Of a stretch of 64,000 bases of DNA, positions 29,037 to 43,537 are shown piece by piece. Origin of the DNA: Eledone cirrhosa. Lineage: Eukaryota. The notes under the pieces were generated by a model that ran no database searches, was not told the DNA's origin, and saw only the letters and a list, made by a program, of their open reading frames with translations. A program made the position numbers and the translations under genes. The stretch covers positions 31,118 to 95,117 of the forward strand of contig CAXHJY010001027.1 of NCBI GenBank assembly GCA_964016885.1, given 5' to 3'. Within the stretch, counting starts at the first letter, position 1; every line of letters begins with the position of its first letter.

Positions 29037-29083
29037 GGCTCTGATGATTCCTGACAGGGTGTATGGATGAAACACTGTTAGCT
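29037..29083 (+). ncRNA. Hammerhead motif within a TA-flanked element (~28910-29130)
   Basis: GGCT-CTGATGA-TTCC...GGAT-GAA-ACACTGT-T-AGCT, followed immediately by AATAAA, a short tail and (TA)n. Confidence 0.65.
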
Positions 29084-29128
29084 AATAAAACAATGTATTT
29101 CTAAGCACTCTTTGGTTATTCCTATAAC

Positions 29129-29160
<32 letters not shown>

Positions 29161-30085
29161 GTGGTGGAGATGGGGCTAGTTATGTTGGTACTGATGTTGT
29201 TGTTGCTGTTGGTTGTGGTATAGGTGGTGTTATTGTTGTTAGTAGTGGTGGTGGTGGTATGTTGTTAGTAGTAGTGGTAGTGGTGGTGGTGGTGTGTTGT
29301 TAGTAGTAGTGGTGGTGGTGGTGGTGTTTGTTTGAGACATGGTAGGGAGGATGGAGAAGAGAGAAAGAGAGCGATGATGTTTTTGGTGTTGGTGGTGATG
29401 TAGGTGGTACTATTGTTTGAGACATGGCAGTGGTGGGGGAGAGAGAGAGAGAGAGCTTTAGATATGGTGGTGATGATGGTGATGATGATGTAGGTGGTGC
29501 TGTTGTTTGTTTGAGACATGGCAATGTTTGGGAAAGGTTGGAGGAGAGGAAAAAGAGACAGAGACAGACTTTGATGGGGGGCGGGTCTGTTATATCTGCC
29601 GCGGGGTGGGTGGAGAGACAATGAGACAGAGAAATGGTGTGGTGTTTATTATATCTGGTGGGGAGAGAGAGAGGTGGTGGGGAGAGAGAGAAGTGGTGGT
29701 GTTTATTATATCTGCGTGAGGAGAGGCATGTGGTGGTGTGGTGGTATTTATTATATCTGCCACCTTTGTAAAATTAGTGCAAGTCTGCTCTGTTTTATGA
29801 TGAGTAACTTCAGGTTTATTTCATTATTTTAACTTTAAAAATTTTACTTTTCTTTCCCCCCAGAAATAGATTTTTACAATTTCTTTAGTTTCTTTCTTTG
29901 TTTTGTTTCCGTCTTTGTTTGTTTTGTGGTAAGGGGTGGGTGGGTGGTGTTTATTATTATTATTATTGCTGTTGTTGTTGTTGTTTTGTTTTGTTTTAAT
30001 TGAATTTCATTTGATGAGGTTATCTTGTTTTATGTTTTAGTTTAATGTATGTTTGTGTGTATGTGTATATATATATATATGTGTT

Positions 30086-30116
<31 letters not shown>

Positions 30117-30681
30117 GTATATGTGTTTGTGTGTGTGTATCTGTGTGTATGCATTTGAATATGTCTGTATGCATATAAATATATGTATATGTGTGTGTAT
30201 GTATATATGTATATGTGTTTATGGATGTATGGGTATAAATATATGTGTATGTGTATATGTGTGTAAATATGCATATATATATATATATATATATACAGAC
30301 GCACACACATATACAAACATAAAAATGGTGATCATACTAACACATACACATACACATACACACACAAACCCATGCAAGCATAGAAGAACGGATATAGAAC
30401 AACGATGATAATGATGGTGGTAGTGCCTGTGATGATGATGATAGTGATGATGGTAGTGCCTGTGATGGTGATGATGATGATGATGGTGGTAGTGCCTGTG
30501 ATGGTGATGATGATGATGATGGTGGTAGTGCCTGTGATGGTGGTGATGATGTTTGTGTGTGGGCTTTAATGTACAAGTATGTGTTAATTGATATTTTAAT
30601 GTCTCTATTACTGAGTACATAAACATTATTGTATGTGTGTGTGTATGTTTGAATATATGTATGTGTGTGTGTGTGTGTATG

Positions 30682-31078
30682 TCATCATCATCATCATCAC
30701 CGTTTTATGTCCGTTCTCCCACGCTAGCATGGGTTAGACGGGTTGTCCTGTTGTGGGCAGTGTCTGGTCGGCTGACCATGCCTTGCTCATACGGGAACTG
30801 ATTCTGGCTTGATTTCTACAGCTGGATGCCCTTCCTAACACCAACCTCATTTACAGTGAGTGCTGGGTGCTTTTTTGCCGTGGCACCTCCACGACCACTT
30901 TGCAGTGGAATGATAGGGACCCCAGTCCCTATCATCTCATTTCTACAGCTGAGTAAACTGGAGCAATGTGAAATAAAGTGTCTTGCTCAAGGAAACAACA
31001 CATCACCTGGTCTGAGAATTGAACTCACAACCTTTCGATTGCAAGGCCAATGCTCTAATCACTAAGCCATATGCCTCC
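30682..31078 (-). mobile_element. tRNA-derived SINE family 1
   Basis: Reverse complement of the family 1 head and body, with a (CAT)n tail on the plus strand. Confidence 0.85.
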
Positions 31079-31529
31079 ATGTGTGTATATATGTATGTAT
31101 GTGTGTTTGAATATATGTATGTATGTATGATTGAATATATGTATGTATAAATGTTTGAATATATGTATGTATATGAGTTTGAATATATGTGTGAATGTAT
31201 ATATGTATGATTGTATGTGTATATATATATGTTTGTATGTGTGTATATATATGTATGTTTGTTAGTATGTTTATATATAAATATGTGTGTATGTACGTAT
31301 ATATGTTTGTATGTATGTATGTGTGTATATATGTATGATTGTATGTGTGTATATATATGTTTGTATGTGTGTGTATATATATATATGTATGTTTGTTAGT
31401 ATGTTTATATATGTGTGTGTATGTAATGTATGTATATATATATATATGTTTCTATGTTAGTTTGTTTAGATATATGTATGTATGTATATGTTTGTTTCTA
31501 TGTTTGTATGTATGTGTGTATATATATAT

Positions 31530-32420
31530 ATGATTGTATGTTAGTTTTTTTAGATATATGTATGTGTGTATATATGTATATGTATGTTTGTTAGAATGTT
31601 TATATATATATATATGTGTATGTATGTATATGTTTGTTTGTATGTATGTGTGTGTATATATATGATTGTATGTTAGTTTGTTTAGATATATGTATGTGTG
31701 TATATATGTATATGTATGTTTGTTAGAATGTTTATATATATATATATGTGTATGTATGTATATGTTTGTTTGTATGTATGTGTGTGTATATATATGATTG
31801 TATGTTAGTTTGTTTAGATATATGTATGTGTGTATATATGTATATGTATGTTTGTTAGAATGTTTATATATATATATATGTGTATGTATGTATATGTTTG
31901 TTTGTATGTATGTGTGTGTATATATATGATTGTATGTTAGTTTGTTTAGATATATGTATGTGTGTATATATGTATATGTATGTTTGTTAGAATGTTTATA
32001 TATATATATATGTGTATGTATGTATATGTTTGTTTGTATGTATGTTTGTATGTATGTGTGTGTATATATATGATTGTATGTTAGTTTGTTTAGATATATG
32101 TATGTGTGTATATATGTATATGTATGTTTGTTAGAATGTTTATATATATATATATGTGTATGTATGTATATGTTTGTTTGTATGTATGTGTGTGTATATA
32201 TATGATTGTATGTTAGTTTGTTTAGATATATGTATGTGTGTATATATGTATATGTATGTTTGTTAGAATGTTTATATATATATATATGTGTATGTATGTA
32301 TATGTTTGTTTGTATGTATGTGTGTGTATATATATGATTGTATGTTAGTTTGTTTAGATATATGTATGTGTGTATATATGTATATGTATGTTTGTAAGTA
32401 TGTTTATATATATATATATA
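31530..32420. repeat. ~120-bp higher-order repeat built from TA/TG microsatellites
   Basis: GATTGTATGTTAGTTTGTTTAGATA...GTTAGAATGTTTA recurs about 7 times. Confidence 0.9.
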
Positions 32421-32854
32421 TATGTGCATGTATGTATATGTTTGTTTGTATGTTAGTTTGTTTAGATATATGTATGTGTGTATATATATATATATGATTG
32501 TATGTTAGTTTGTTTAGATATATGTATGTGTGTATATATATATATATGATTGTATGTTAGTTTGTTTAGATATATGTATGTATGTGTGTATGTGTATGGA
32601 ATAAGAGACCTGGTCTTCAGCAAGACATCTCTAGAAGGTCACTCCTTATAAAACCTGTGACAATGTTTACATCCAATGATGTAGACCAGGTCTTCTTTTG
32701 GGATGAATGCATTGTTCAGGGAATGGGTTGGCCCCATGTAAAGTCTTTCCTCACTTAAAAAGGCTTCAATCACAGACATTGCTTGATATGTGACATTTTA
32801 AGTATCAAGTGATGGCATTACTGGAAAAATTGAGTTGCAGCCATCACCATCACG

Positions 32855-32900
<46 letters not shown>

Positions 32901-32956
32901 GTAACTATGTATATATATGAGTGTGTATCAGTCTTGTTTGCAGAATGTATTGGGTG

Positions 32957-33015
<59 letters not shown>

Positions 33016-33031
33016 TATATGTATATGTAAC

Positions 33032-33070
<39 letters not shown>

Positions 33071-33210
33071 TTATCCGTTTTATTTACAGAGTGTACTGGG
33101 TGTATTATATTGTGGTACCAGCAGTAGACAGGATGTCATGTCTTCCTCTACATTGTCTCCTTTTGTTTATCAACAATACTTCTCTTTCTCCTATATATAC
33201 ACACATACAT

Positions 33211-33262
<52 letters not shown>

Positions 33263-33263
33263 C

Positions 33264-33353
<90 letters not shown>

Positions 33354-33548
33354 AACAAAGGAATTGTGTCAAGGAACCAGATGGACCATAATGCACCAGA
33401 GTACTCAATACTTAGGGTAGTAGAGTGGGAAATAGGAAAAAGTATGACCCCCGACGGCAGAGCTCAAGCCGTTTCGACGGCTATTTCAGTCAAGAAATAG
33501 CCGTCGAAACGGCTTGAGCTCTGCCGTCGGGGTCATACTTTTTCCTAT
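33354..33548 (-). mobile_element. Palindromic TA-inserted micro-element, family A
   Basis: Inverted arms span 33432-33548 (loop AGTCAA), with a ~78-bp tail 33354-33431. Flanked by (TA)n on both sides. Confidence 0.85.
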
Positions 33549-34460
33549 ATATATATATATACAGCTGATTGTGGTTTGTTGGCATAACTTTCTTTACCTG
33601 AACTTTTACCCTTGTTATACATATATATACACACCTAGATATGTGTAATTATATATATATATATATTGTTATACTTGGGGAGGGTCATATATGTGTGTGT
33701 GTGTGTCTGTGTGTTTATGTGTGTGTATATATATACATAGAGAGAAATTTTCATATATATAGATAGATATGTCATCATCATCATCATCCCTTCCATATAT
33801 ATGTGTGTATGTATACATATGTGTGTGTGTATGTATATATATATATATATACATGTGTGTGTGTGTCTATGTATGTATAACTATGTGTGTATATATATAT
33901 ATATATATATGTCTATATATAAAAGCCCACTTGACAGCACTAGACACCATAATGTCAGTCAGTATTATTTGTATTGGAATATCAGTGGCACCTAAATGAT
34001 GCCTTCCTTAATCTGAGGGTGACACAGCTTGACCCCTCTTTTACAGGGGTCACGCACACAAAGGTTTCTAATTAAGGCACAAGGCCAGCAATTTTGGAGA
34101 GGAAGCGACAGATGGTGTATATCTACTTCTAGTAATTCTCTGCTGCTGTGTGTTATCCATTCCTTTCTGCTCCTTGTAGGGAGGTTAAGGGTTTTAAAGT
34201 AATGTTGAGCTCATCAGGGTCTGAACTGTTGATCCTTTCAATAATTAGCCCTGAAAAGGTGCTGGATAGGCAGAATCGGTAGAGCGTTGGACAACATGTT
34301 CTGTGGTATATAGTTACGTACCTTTTATGTTCTCAGTTTCAATCCTGTCAAGGTTAGCTTTGCCTTTCATCAATAGGGGTTGATGAAATAAAGTACCAGT
34401 AATACATATATGTATATATATATTGCCAGTCCCTTCAATCTTTCTAATTTCTCCTTCTTT

Positions 34461-34494
34461 CTTCTGATGAAGGACTAGCGTCCGAAACGTTAAG
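34461..34494 (+). ncRNA. Minimal hammerhead motif, family G (element ~34435-34580)
   Basis: CTT-CTGATGA-A-GGAC(TAGC)GTCC-GAA-ACGT-T-AAG. A decayed copy lies at ~57388-57420, and tail-only pieces at ~22405-22490 and 62798-62886. Confidence 0.7.
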
Positions 34495-34579
34495 CCCATC
34501 TTCCTGCTATTTCAAGCATTAAACTAATATATTCCTTCCATATACTGTACCAATTGTGTTATTTCTGTTTACCTTTTAT

Positions 34580-34657
<78 letters not shown>

Positions 34658-34660
<3 letters not shown>

Positions 34661-34820
34661 GGAGGTGAGTTTTATTGTAGTACAATAAAGCAATGCAGAT
34701 ATCGGATAAGAAGCACTCTACAGTTTGTAGGACTGGAGTATACATAATATATAAGATCAAAAGATGGTTAAAGGAGTTCCATGGAACTCTTTTAACCATC
34801 TTTTGATCTTATATATTATG
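34658..34820 (-). mobile_element. Palindromic micro-element, family B (short arms)
   Basis: Palindrome 34743-34820 centred on TTCCATGGAA, with tail 34658-34742; (TA)n flanks. Confidence 0.85.
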
Positions 34821-34900
34821 CATATATATATATATGTATATGTATGTATATATATGTATATATATATATGTATATGTATGTATATACGTATATATGTATA

Positions 34901-34949
<49 letters not shown>

Positions 34950-35184
34950 ATGTATGTATATACATATATATGTATATATTTATATATATATGTATGTATA
35001 TGTATGTATATACATATATATGTATATATTTATATATATATATATATATATGTATGTATATACGTATATATTTATATATATGTATGTATATATGTATATG
35101 TATGTATATATATATGTATATACGTATATATATATATATGTATGTATGTATATATATACGTGTATGTATATATATATATGTATA

Positions 35185-35265
<81 letters not shown>

Positions 35266-35431
35266 TACAGGAATACAATAAATTCCGTAGTTGAAGGATC
35301 AATATTATGTAATTTACACGTTTCGTTAATATGTAAATACCTAGAATCACTAATCCAATGTAAATTTCAGGAAAACTCGACTTAAATATATATGTTTGCC
35401 TTCCTCCCCCCCCCCCCTCTCTGTATGTATG

Positions 35432-35462
<31 letters not shown>

Positions 35463-35463
35463 G

Positions 35464-35919
35464 CAATATTAAATAAATGGAAACTATATTTATAAAACCA
35501 TATTTATTTCATTATATATATTTCGGGGATATCATATTAACAATATGCTATGCCTTCCTCAGACAAAATACAATATAAACAGTTTTATAGATAAATAGAT
35601 TCGACATACCGTAACAACACCGACTTGCATTTGAAGAGGTTGAACTGCCAGTTCAACCTCTTCAAATGCAAGTCGGTGTTGTTACGGTATGTCGAATCTA
35701 TTTATCTATAAAACTGTTTATATTGTATTTTGTCTGAGGAAGGCATAGCATATTGTTAATATGATATCCCCGAAATATATATAATGAAATAAATATGGTT
35801 TAATAAATATAGTTTCCATTTATTTAATATTGTAAATATACTCCAAATATTTGTCGAGTGCTTTTATATCAGTTATAAATATTTACTAGTTGTAACCCAA
35901 CAATTTTAAATATAACTTT

Positions 35920-35921
<2 letters not shown>
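35464..35921 (+). mobile_element. Palindromic micro-element, family E, with ~185-bp arms carrying a hammerhead
   Basis: Near-perfect palindrome 35464-35832 centred at 35648, with tail 35833-35921; (TA)n flanks. Confidence 0.9.
35726..35791 (+). ncRNA. Type I hammerhead ribozyme motif (mirror copy on minus strand at 35505-35570)
   Basis: Stem I TATTTTGT/ATGAAATA; core CTGAGGA; long stem II with CATATT/AATATG; GAAA; stem III ATATATAT; AUA triplet. Same layout as 2538-2596 with different stem sequences. Confidence 0.78.
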
Positions 35922-35994
<73 letters not shown>

Positions 35995-36457
35995 TATATA
36001 TACACATGTATGGTATCAATATTATTTAGTCTATTGTTATTAGATTGAGTGCTCTGGAGCAATGTGAAATGAAGTATCTTGCTCAAGAACAAACACACCA
36101 CCCAGTCGAGGAATCAAACCTATGGCCTTAGGGTCTCAAGACCCCCCCCCCCCCCCCCTTGCTACTAGGCCAGGCATCTACTCTCCAGATGAACCATTTA
36201 TTTTTTCCCATTTCACACTGAGTATTTATAGCAAATAGTGAACACACACCCTCTCCCTCCTTCTCTCTCTCCCTCTCTCTCTCTCTCCACACACTTCATA
36301 TAAATTTTTATCACAGTCACAGATTATACATTGCTTTATAAGTTTATATATTATATATAGATATATATCATCATCATCATATATATATATATAGAGAGAG
36401 AGAGAAAGTTTATTATTTTCTCACATAATTGCTTTTTTTTTAAATTTATATAACCAG

Positions 36458-36560
<103 letters not shown>

Positions 36561-36670
36561 CCTTTCTATAAAAAAAATATATGAATGACTAATAAAAAAG
36601 AATTTTATCAATTTTCAATTTATTTTTAATACGGCCATAAATAATATCATTTCCTCTTAAACTCCCTAAC

Positions 36671-36725
<55 letters not shown>

Positions 36726-37036
36726 CTTCCTCTCACTCCCCCCACCCCTCTCACCAATTCTCTCTCGTTGACTCAAAGTGTTAGTAACTTTATATTAATA
36801 TTTCTATCCTGGCTATTAAACCTTCCAATACCAAACTGCCTGGAACTATCTCCCTGGGGGTGGGACTTGTCATGTCAGATCCGGACCAAGGAAACAATGT
36901 TTCAATTGGTCTTTCCTGTCACAGCTCCTGATAAGCTCTATTTTTACGTTATATCACATAATTTCTTTTGGTAAGGCATGATCACCACTACACCAGCCCC
37001 TATTTCAAAACCTTATTATTGTATTAATTGTATTAA

Positions 37037-37069
37037 TTTCTCTCTTTTTTTTATATTTTTCAGGTAAGA
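37037..37069 (+). promoter_or_regulatory. Candidate recursive splice site (3' splice site fused to a 5' splice site)
   Basis: TTTCTCTCTTTTTTTTATATTTTTCAG|GTAAGA, with TATTAAT branch-point-like motifs just upstream. Confidence 0.45.
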
Positions 37070-37489
37070 CCCTAAATATTGTGAATTACAAAAGGTTTCA
37101 TGGGTTATTGTTGGTTTTAATTACATTCACCAGGTAAGGTTTAAAATCCTTTCTTTGTTGTTTAATCATGGCATACCTGGGTAACACAATATACAACATC
37201 AGGTAAATTGGTTTTATGAAGCTTCTTCTTCTTTGCCTTCTTCTTCTTATTATTATTCCTCCCCTCCTTCTCCCACTTATTCCAGAGAGGGTCGTGGGGA
37301 CAGAGTCCTCAAACACACCTTCCAATGGGTCCTCTCAGAAGCAATTGTCTCCGATTGATCCAGATGGAGTGAAAAAAACTCGATAGATACACTGTGTAGT
37401 GGTGGTGGTGGTGGTGGTGGCTAGACAAAACTGGTTAGAAATATATATGTTGGTGGGTAAAACTGGATAGATATTATATGTGGTGGTCA

Positions 37490-38062
37490 TGGTGGAGGTA
37501 AACTAGATAAATATATTATGTGCGTATGTTGTAGTGATGGTAGGAAAAAAGACTGAATAGATACACTATGTGTAGTGGTGGTGGTTGTAGTAGTGGTGGT
37601 GGTAGTGGCGGTGGTAATGGTGGTGGTGGTGGTTGTGGCGGTGGTAATGGTGGTGGTGGTGGTGGAGGTAAATTAGATAAATATATTATGTATGTATGTT
37701 GTAGTGATGGTAGGAAAAAAGACTGAATAGATACACTATGTGTAGTGGTGGTGGTTGTAGTAGTGGTGGTGGTAGTGGCGGTGGTAATGGTGGTGGTGGT
37801 GGTTGTGGCGGTGGTAATGGTGGTGGTGGTGGTGGAGGTAAATTAGATAAATATATTATGTACGTATGTTGTAGTGATGGTAGGAAAAAAGACTGAATAG
37901 ATACACTATGTGTAGTGGTGGTGGTTGTAGTAGTGGTGGTGGTAGTGGCGGTGGTAATGGTGGTGGTGGTGGTTGTGGCGGTGGTAATGGTGGTGGTGGT
38001 GGTGGAGGTAAATTAGATAAATATATTATGTGTGTATGTTGTAGTGATGGTAGGAAAAAAAC
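37490..38062. repeat. 170-bp tandem repeat (~3.3 copies)
   Basis: GGTAAA(C/T)TAGATAAATATATTATG recurs every 170 bp. Confidence 0.92.
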
Positions 38063-41000
38063 TGGATATATATATGGTAGTGGTGATGGTTTGTTGGGAA
38101 GGGGGAGGGGTTGGAAAAGGGGAAATGCTAGGGTAAGCAAATGGAATGTTGCGTATTTAAGGGATAATAGATTCAACCCTTCCATCTGTCGGTTGCTTGT
38201 CTTTCACAATGATACCATCTGTTTCAAAACAAAATCTTACAGATTAGTAAAAGAGAACGACAAAAAAATCTTTCTACCATTATTAATTCAATATATTACA
38301 TAATGTCGAAATGTGAAAGTCATTATTTAAGTTGTGTTGTAATGAGTCAGTAATGTGGCAAAGTGTGAAATAGAAAAAACAAAAATGGAAGAATTGCTTT
38401 GATAATTAAATAATTTTTTTTTTATGAAGTAAAAAGATTCTTATCTTGTCATCTTAAGAACACAAACTGTTGGAGTGTGGTTATACCTGGAACACCCACT
38501 TATATTGTTGGGTTTAGAGGAAACATGTTGTGTCGCGGTGTTAGTGGGGGAGGGGGGGGGGCACTGCTTTACAGAGTGTACTGGGTGTCCTTTTATTTTG
38601 CGTGTTTGTTTGTGACTCCACCACCACAGAGTGTACTGGGTGTATTTCTGTGACACCAACACTGGAGAAGGTCAGGTAGTGACCAAAAGGTCTCTCTTCA
38701 ACTCTTCATCATCTCATCTTCAATAATTGGAGAATTTATAAAAATGTTCTGCGGCCATCTCCTTGCTAACCATCTTCTTTTGGTCAAAAGATGAAACAAA
38801 TTTTATTTCTGAAGGGAGGAAAAAATAAAATTAATAAATGAATTGTATAGAACGGGGGGAGAGGTTATCAATTTAAATTTACTGCTGTCAAAATTTTTTT
38901 TTTTTTGTTGTTGCAGTTGATGTTGTTGTTGTTGTGGTTGTTGTTGTTGTTGTTGTAGTTGTGGTTGTGGTTGTTTTTTGTTGTGGTTGTTGTTGTAGTT
39001 GTTGTTGGTAGTTGTGGTTGTTTTTCGTTGCAGTTGTTGTGGTGGTGGTTGTAGCAGTTATTGTTGTTGTTGCAGTAGTTGTTGTAATCCCAAGGCCATA
39101 GTTATAATTCATCTTCAAATTTCATATTTTATTTTATTTTTTCGGGGGTGTGTGGGGGGGGGGGGGGTGTCTTCCAAGATTGATTAACGAAATTACCAAA
39201 AGGCACAGAAGAAGAAACTAAAAAAAATAATGGTGGTGGTGGTGGTGATGTGAGTGGTCAACATGCTAGTAGTAATGGTAGTGGTGGAGGTATTGGTAGT
39301 AGTAGTGGTGGTGGTAGTAGTGGTAGTAGTATTGGTAGTAGGGGTAGTAGTGGTGTTAGTATGTACTAGAACACAGACCACTGCAGAATAATACATCCAA
39401 AATAACTGGAATTCTTTTTTTTTTTCCTTTTTCTCTTTTTTCTTCTTATTTAAATTATAACGTCCTGTACCCCATGAAACCACATTAACAAAACCTTCTT
39501 CAAAACACATTACAACATTATAATTGTTTCTACGTTAGCACAAGGCCAGCAATTACCCCAGTGTATTACTGGTACTTTATTTTATCGACCCCGTAAGGAT
39601 GAAAGGCAAAGTTAACCTCGGCAGAATTTGAACTCTGAACGTAAAAGGCCGTAACTCTATGGTGTCTGACGCTCTACTGATAATGCCAATGATAATAATA
39701 ATAGTGGTTTTTGATTTAGGCCCAAGGCCAGCAATATAGAATCACTGAAGTTTAAAGGAGGAGGAGGAGGTTGCTGCTATTTCTAGCAGACTTAGCCTAG
39801 CAGCTTCTTTGGTTTGGTTGAAGGAGACCTAGTGGAAGCCTGCCTCTCTAGTTGTGGTAAATATAGAATCACTGAAGCTTGGTATCAATTTAATGTAGTA
39901 CAAATAACAGTTAGTATGTCTGACTGTCCTAAAATATTGTAGAAGACACCATTACATTGGGAAGTCTGGGGGTGGGGATCTGTGTGACTGAGTGTGTGTG
40001 GGGGGTGATATATGAGGGTGACTGTGTGAGACTGTGTGTATGTGTCTATGGCACTGTGTGTGAGATTGCGTGAGTGGGTCCATATCAAATTTTTATTTAT
40101 AATTTTATAACAACTAGAAATAAAACTATAAAGAATTCTATTCCAGTTTCACAGCAGGCCACCATGCAACCTATAAAACTAAAATATTAAATTAGATTTA
40201 TTATATTTAACTATATTTCCATATTTTTACTGGGGAATATTGCTGAGAGAAAAGAGGGTAAACAATGTAGTGAAGAAAATTATAGGAAGATAGTGAGTGC
40301 TGAATAGTGGGAAGGTGGAGATGTCTGGGTCATGTGTTGAGGAAGGGAGTCAGTGGTGAATGGTGGGAAGGTGGAGATGGCTGGGTCATGTGTTGAGGAA
40401 GGGAGTCAGTGGTGAATGGTAGGAAGATGGAGTGGGATGGGTCATGTTTGGGTGAGAGGAATAGAGCCAGTCCATATATTACATACATACATTATATATG
40501 GCAGTATCGGTAGAGAGTCGGACGCCGTGCTTTGCAGCATAGAGTTACGGCCCTTTGTGATCTGAGTTCAAATCCCGCCGAGGTTAACTTTGCCTTTCAT
40601 CCTTACGGGGTCGATAAAATAAAGTACCAGTAATGCACTGGGGATAATCGCTGGCCTTGTGCCAAAAAGTAGAAACCATTATATTATCTATGCAGGTATA
40701 GCTAACTTTTATGTTGTTGCTGTTAAACAACTTGTGGTGTGTATTTGGTGGGTTGAATGGGGCGGGGCGAGGGGCAGGGGGCATTCTTTCAGATGAATGC
40801 TAAATATATATATATATATATATATAAGGCTATGTTCAGACATTTCTTTTGACACTAAGGTGAGGGGTTGGTGGGGGAGGGGTGAAGTGGAGGAGTTAGG
40901 GAAGGAGGGGTGTCTACTTTCTTTATCCTGCTTCTTTTGTGGTCCTTGTTCCACTATTGAGACCCTATTTCTCTTTCCGTTTAGTTTTACTCTGCACATC

Positions 41001-41127
41001 TTTACAATAATAGTGTGAAGCACAACTAAATATATTTTTGCCTGAAGGCTGCTGATATATCAGACACACATGTGATGTGTAGGTGTGTGTGTGTGTGTGT
41101 ATACATATGTGTGTGTGTGTATGTATA

Positions 41128-41158
<31 letters not shown>

Positions 41159-41615
41159 CATCATCATCATTTTACGTTCGCTTTTCCCTGCTTGTATACC
41201 TGTCCAACCCATGCGAGCATGGAATAGTGGATGTAAAAATGATGATGTGTTTGTATATATATGTATATATATATTATATTTAAATATAGAGAGAGAGATA
41301 GATAGATAGATAGATAGATATATACATTATACTTGGGGAGGGTCATATTGTTATAATATTCCCAGAAATAATAACAGAACACACTCACTGTTTGGTTGGT
41401 TTTCGCTTCTATATCTTTTATATCTCCATAGTTAATTCATTCGGCAATCAACGTTTATCATTGACTGACCAACGGTTAAAAATACAGATATAAATATATA
41501 TATAAATATATATATAGTCTATCAAAGTTCTTTCGCTGCACATCTGCAACATCATCAGTGGTACTATTATGTTTCCTCGTGTGGTATTGTATGTCTCCAC
41601 CATTTTTATATATAT

Positions 41616-41950
41616 GGAGGCACATGGCTTAGTGGTTAGAGCATTGGGCTTGCAATCGAACGGTTGTGAGTTCAATTCTCAGACCGGGTGATGTGTTGTT
41701 TCCTTGAGCAAGACACTTTATTTCACATTGCTCCAGTTTACTCAGCTGTAGAAATGAGATGATAGGGACTGGAGTCCCTATCATTCCACTGCAAAGTGGT
41801 TGTGGAGGTGCCGAAAAGCACCCAGCACTCACTGTAAATGAGGTTGGTGTTAGGAAGGGCATCCAGCTGTAGAAATCAAGCCAGAATCAGTTCCCGTCCC
41901 ACCCTTGCAATCAGGAAAAAGCGGACGTAAAATGATGATGATGATGATGA
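41616..41950 (+). mobile_element. tRNA-derived SINE family 1
   Basis: Highly similar to 23758-24103. Confidence 0.85.
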
Positions 41951-42634
41951 TATATATATATAATCTGAGAATTGACTCAAGCAATTAGGTATCAAACATA
42001 AATACTACTCACTCTTGTATCATTAGAGAATTCCTAAAATATACAAGTTCTATCTCTCTATTACAGTTTGTATAAGAAATGGCAGAATTGTGATAAGTGG
42101 GGATAGGCGCGGAAGAATGGAAATTGAAGAATATTTTGTTGGGGTGGCATTGTTTTTTTTTTATTAATTTAAACATAAATTCTCACTCTTGTGTCATTGG
42201 ACAGACAGACAGACTGCTCTTATTATAATATAGAATTATTTCTGAAAATCATAAACCATTATCATTATTAGTATTATTATTATTATTATTATATGGTTAA
42301 AATAGATATGAAAATTTATAAAATAAATTATTATTATTATTATTGTTGTTGTTGTTGTTGTTGTTTGTTGTGGGTATTTTTTTTTGTTGCTATTGTTTTA
42401 TTTGGTATTTATTTTGTAATTTTCTTGTCTGATTTTAAAAGAAAACCAACAAAAGACTGCCCCCACCCCCACATCCCCCACCCCGTCAACAAATCTCATT
42501 TTCTCATGTTTTAACGACATCTTCGATAATAAGCTCTCTCTTTTTCCCCCCTCTCTCTCTCTCTCTCTCTCTTCCCTTCTGTCTACCTTGCTCGCTCCCT
42601 CTCTCTCCTGTCTCTCTTCCCTTCTGTCTACCTT

Positions 42635-42702
<68 letters not shown>

Positions 42703-43056
42703 TCTTTCTTAGCTTCTGTCTACCTCGCTCTCTCTCTTTCCTGTCTACCTGTCTCTCTTTCCTCTCTCTCCTGTCTACCTGTCTCTCTTTCTCTCTCCTC
42801 CCACCTCTCTACCTACCTGTACAGGTGATGTGTAATTTATTTAATCAAAATACAAACTATTCTGTTTGTATTATATTTTATTTTATATTTTATTTTATAT
42901 TTTATTTTATATTTTATAAACATTGTTTTGTTTTGTTTTTCTTCCCAATCCCAGACATTATATTATTGGAGTTAATCATGGTTTCATGACTTGGTAGACT
43001 GTTGTCATATATATGGTGGGGGAGGGGGGAGTTAGTGGTTGGGGGGGGGGGGGGGG

Positions 43057-43305
43057 TCAGTTATTGGTTGGGTGGAGGGCTTGGTGGGGGGTCAGTTATT
43101 GGTTGGGTGGGGGGCTGGGTGGGAGATTGGGGGGTTCAGTTATTGGTTGGGTGGTTGGAGGGCTGGGTGGGAGATTGGGGGGTTCAGTTATTGGTTGGGT
43201 GGTTGGAGGGCTGGGTGGGAGATTGGGGGGTTCAGTTATTGGTTGGGTGGTTGGAGGGCTGGGTGGGAGATTGGGGGGGTCAGTTATTGGTTGGCTGGTT
43301 GGGTG
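43057..43305. repeat. 48-bp G-rich minisatellite
   Basis: CAGTTATTGGTTGGGTGGTTGGAGGGCTGGGTGGGAGATTGGGGGGTT. Confidence 0.92.
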
Positions 43306-43478
43306 GAATGTCCCTCTCCAAGACACAAACAAATCTGGTAGCCAAGACAGCAAGAGCTCAGCTGTCGGGCAGTAGCTCCTTAAAATACCCTCACTTTACT
43401 TTAAATATCAAGTACTAAGCTGAACAATGGTCTTACTAGTTGAAACTGGTAACTATAAATCTATAAATATATATAGCT

Positions 43479-43537
<59 letters not shown>

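Noticed and set aside
32603-32697. C/D box snoRNA on the minus strand
   Set aside because: A terminal stem and a CTGA are present, but there is no RTGATGA C box at the 5' end.
35464-35832. Palindromes as miRNA precursors or ordinary MITEs
   Set aside because: Arms have almost no spacer, vary in length within a family and carry an asymmetric tail, which does not fit TIR MITEs or pre-miRNAs. Hairpin-derived siRNAs remain possible.
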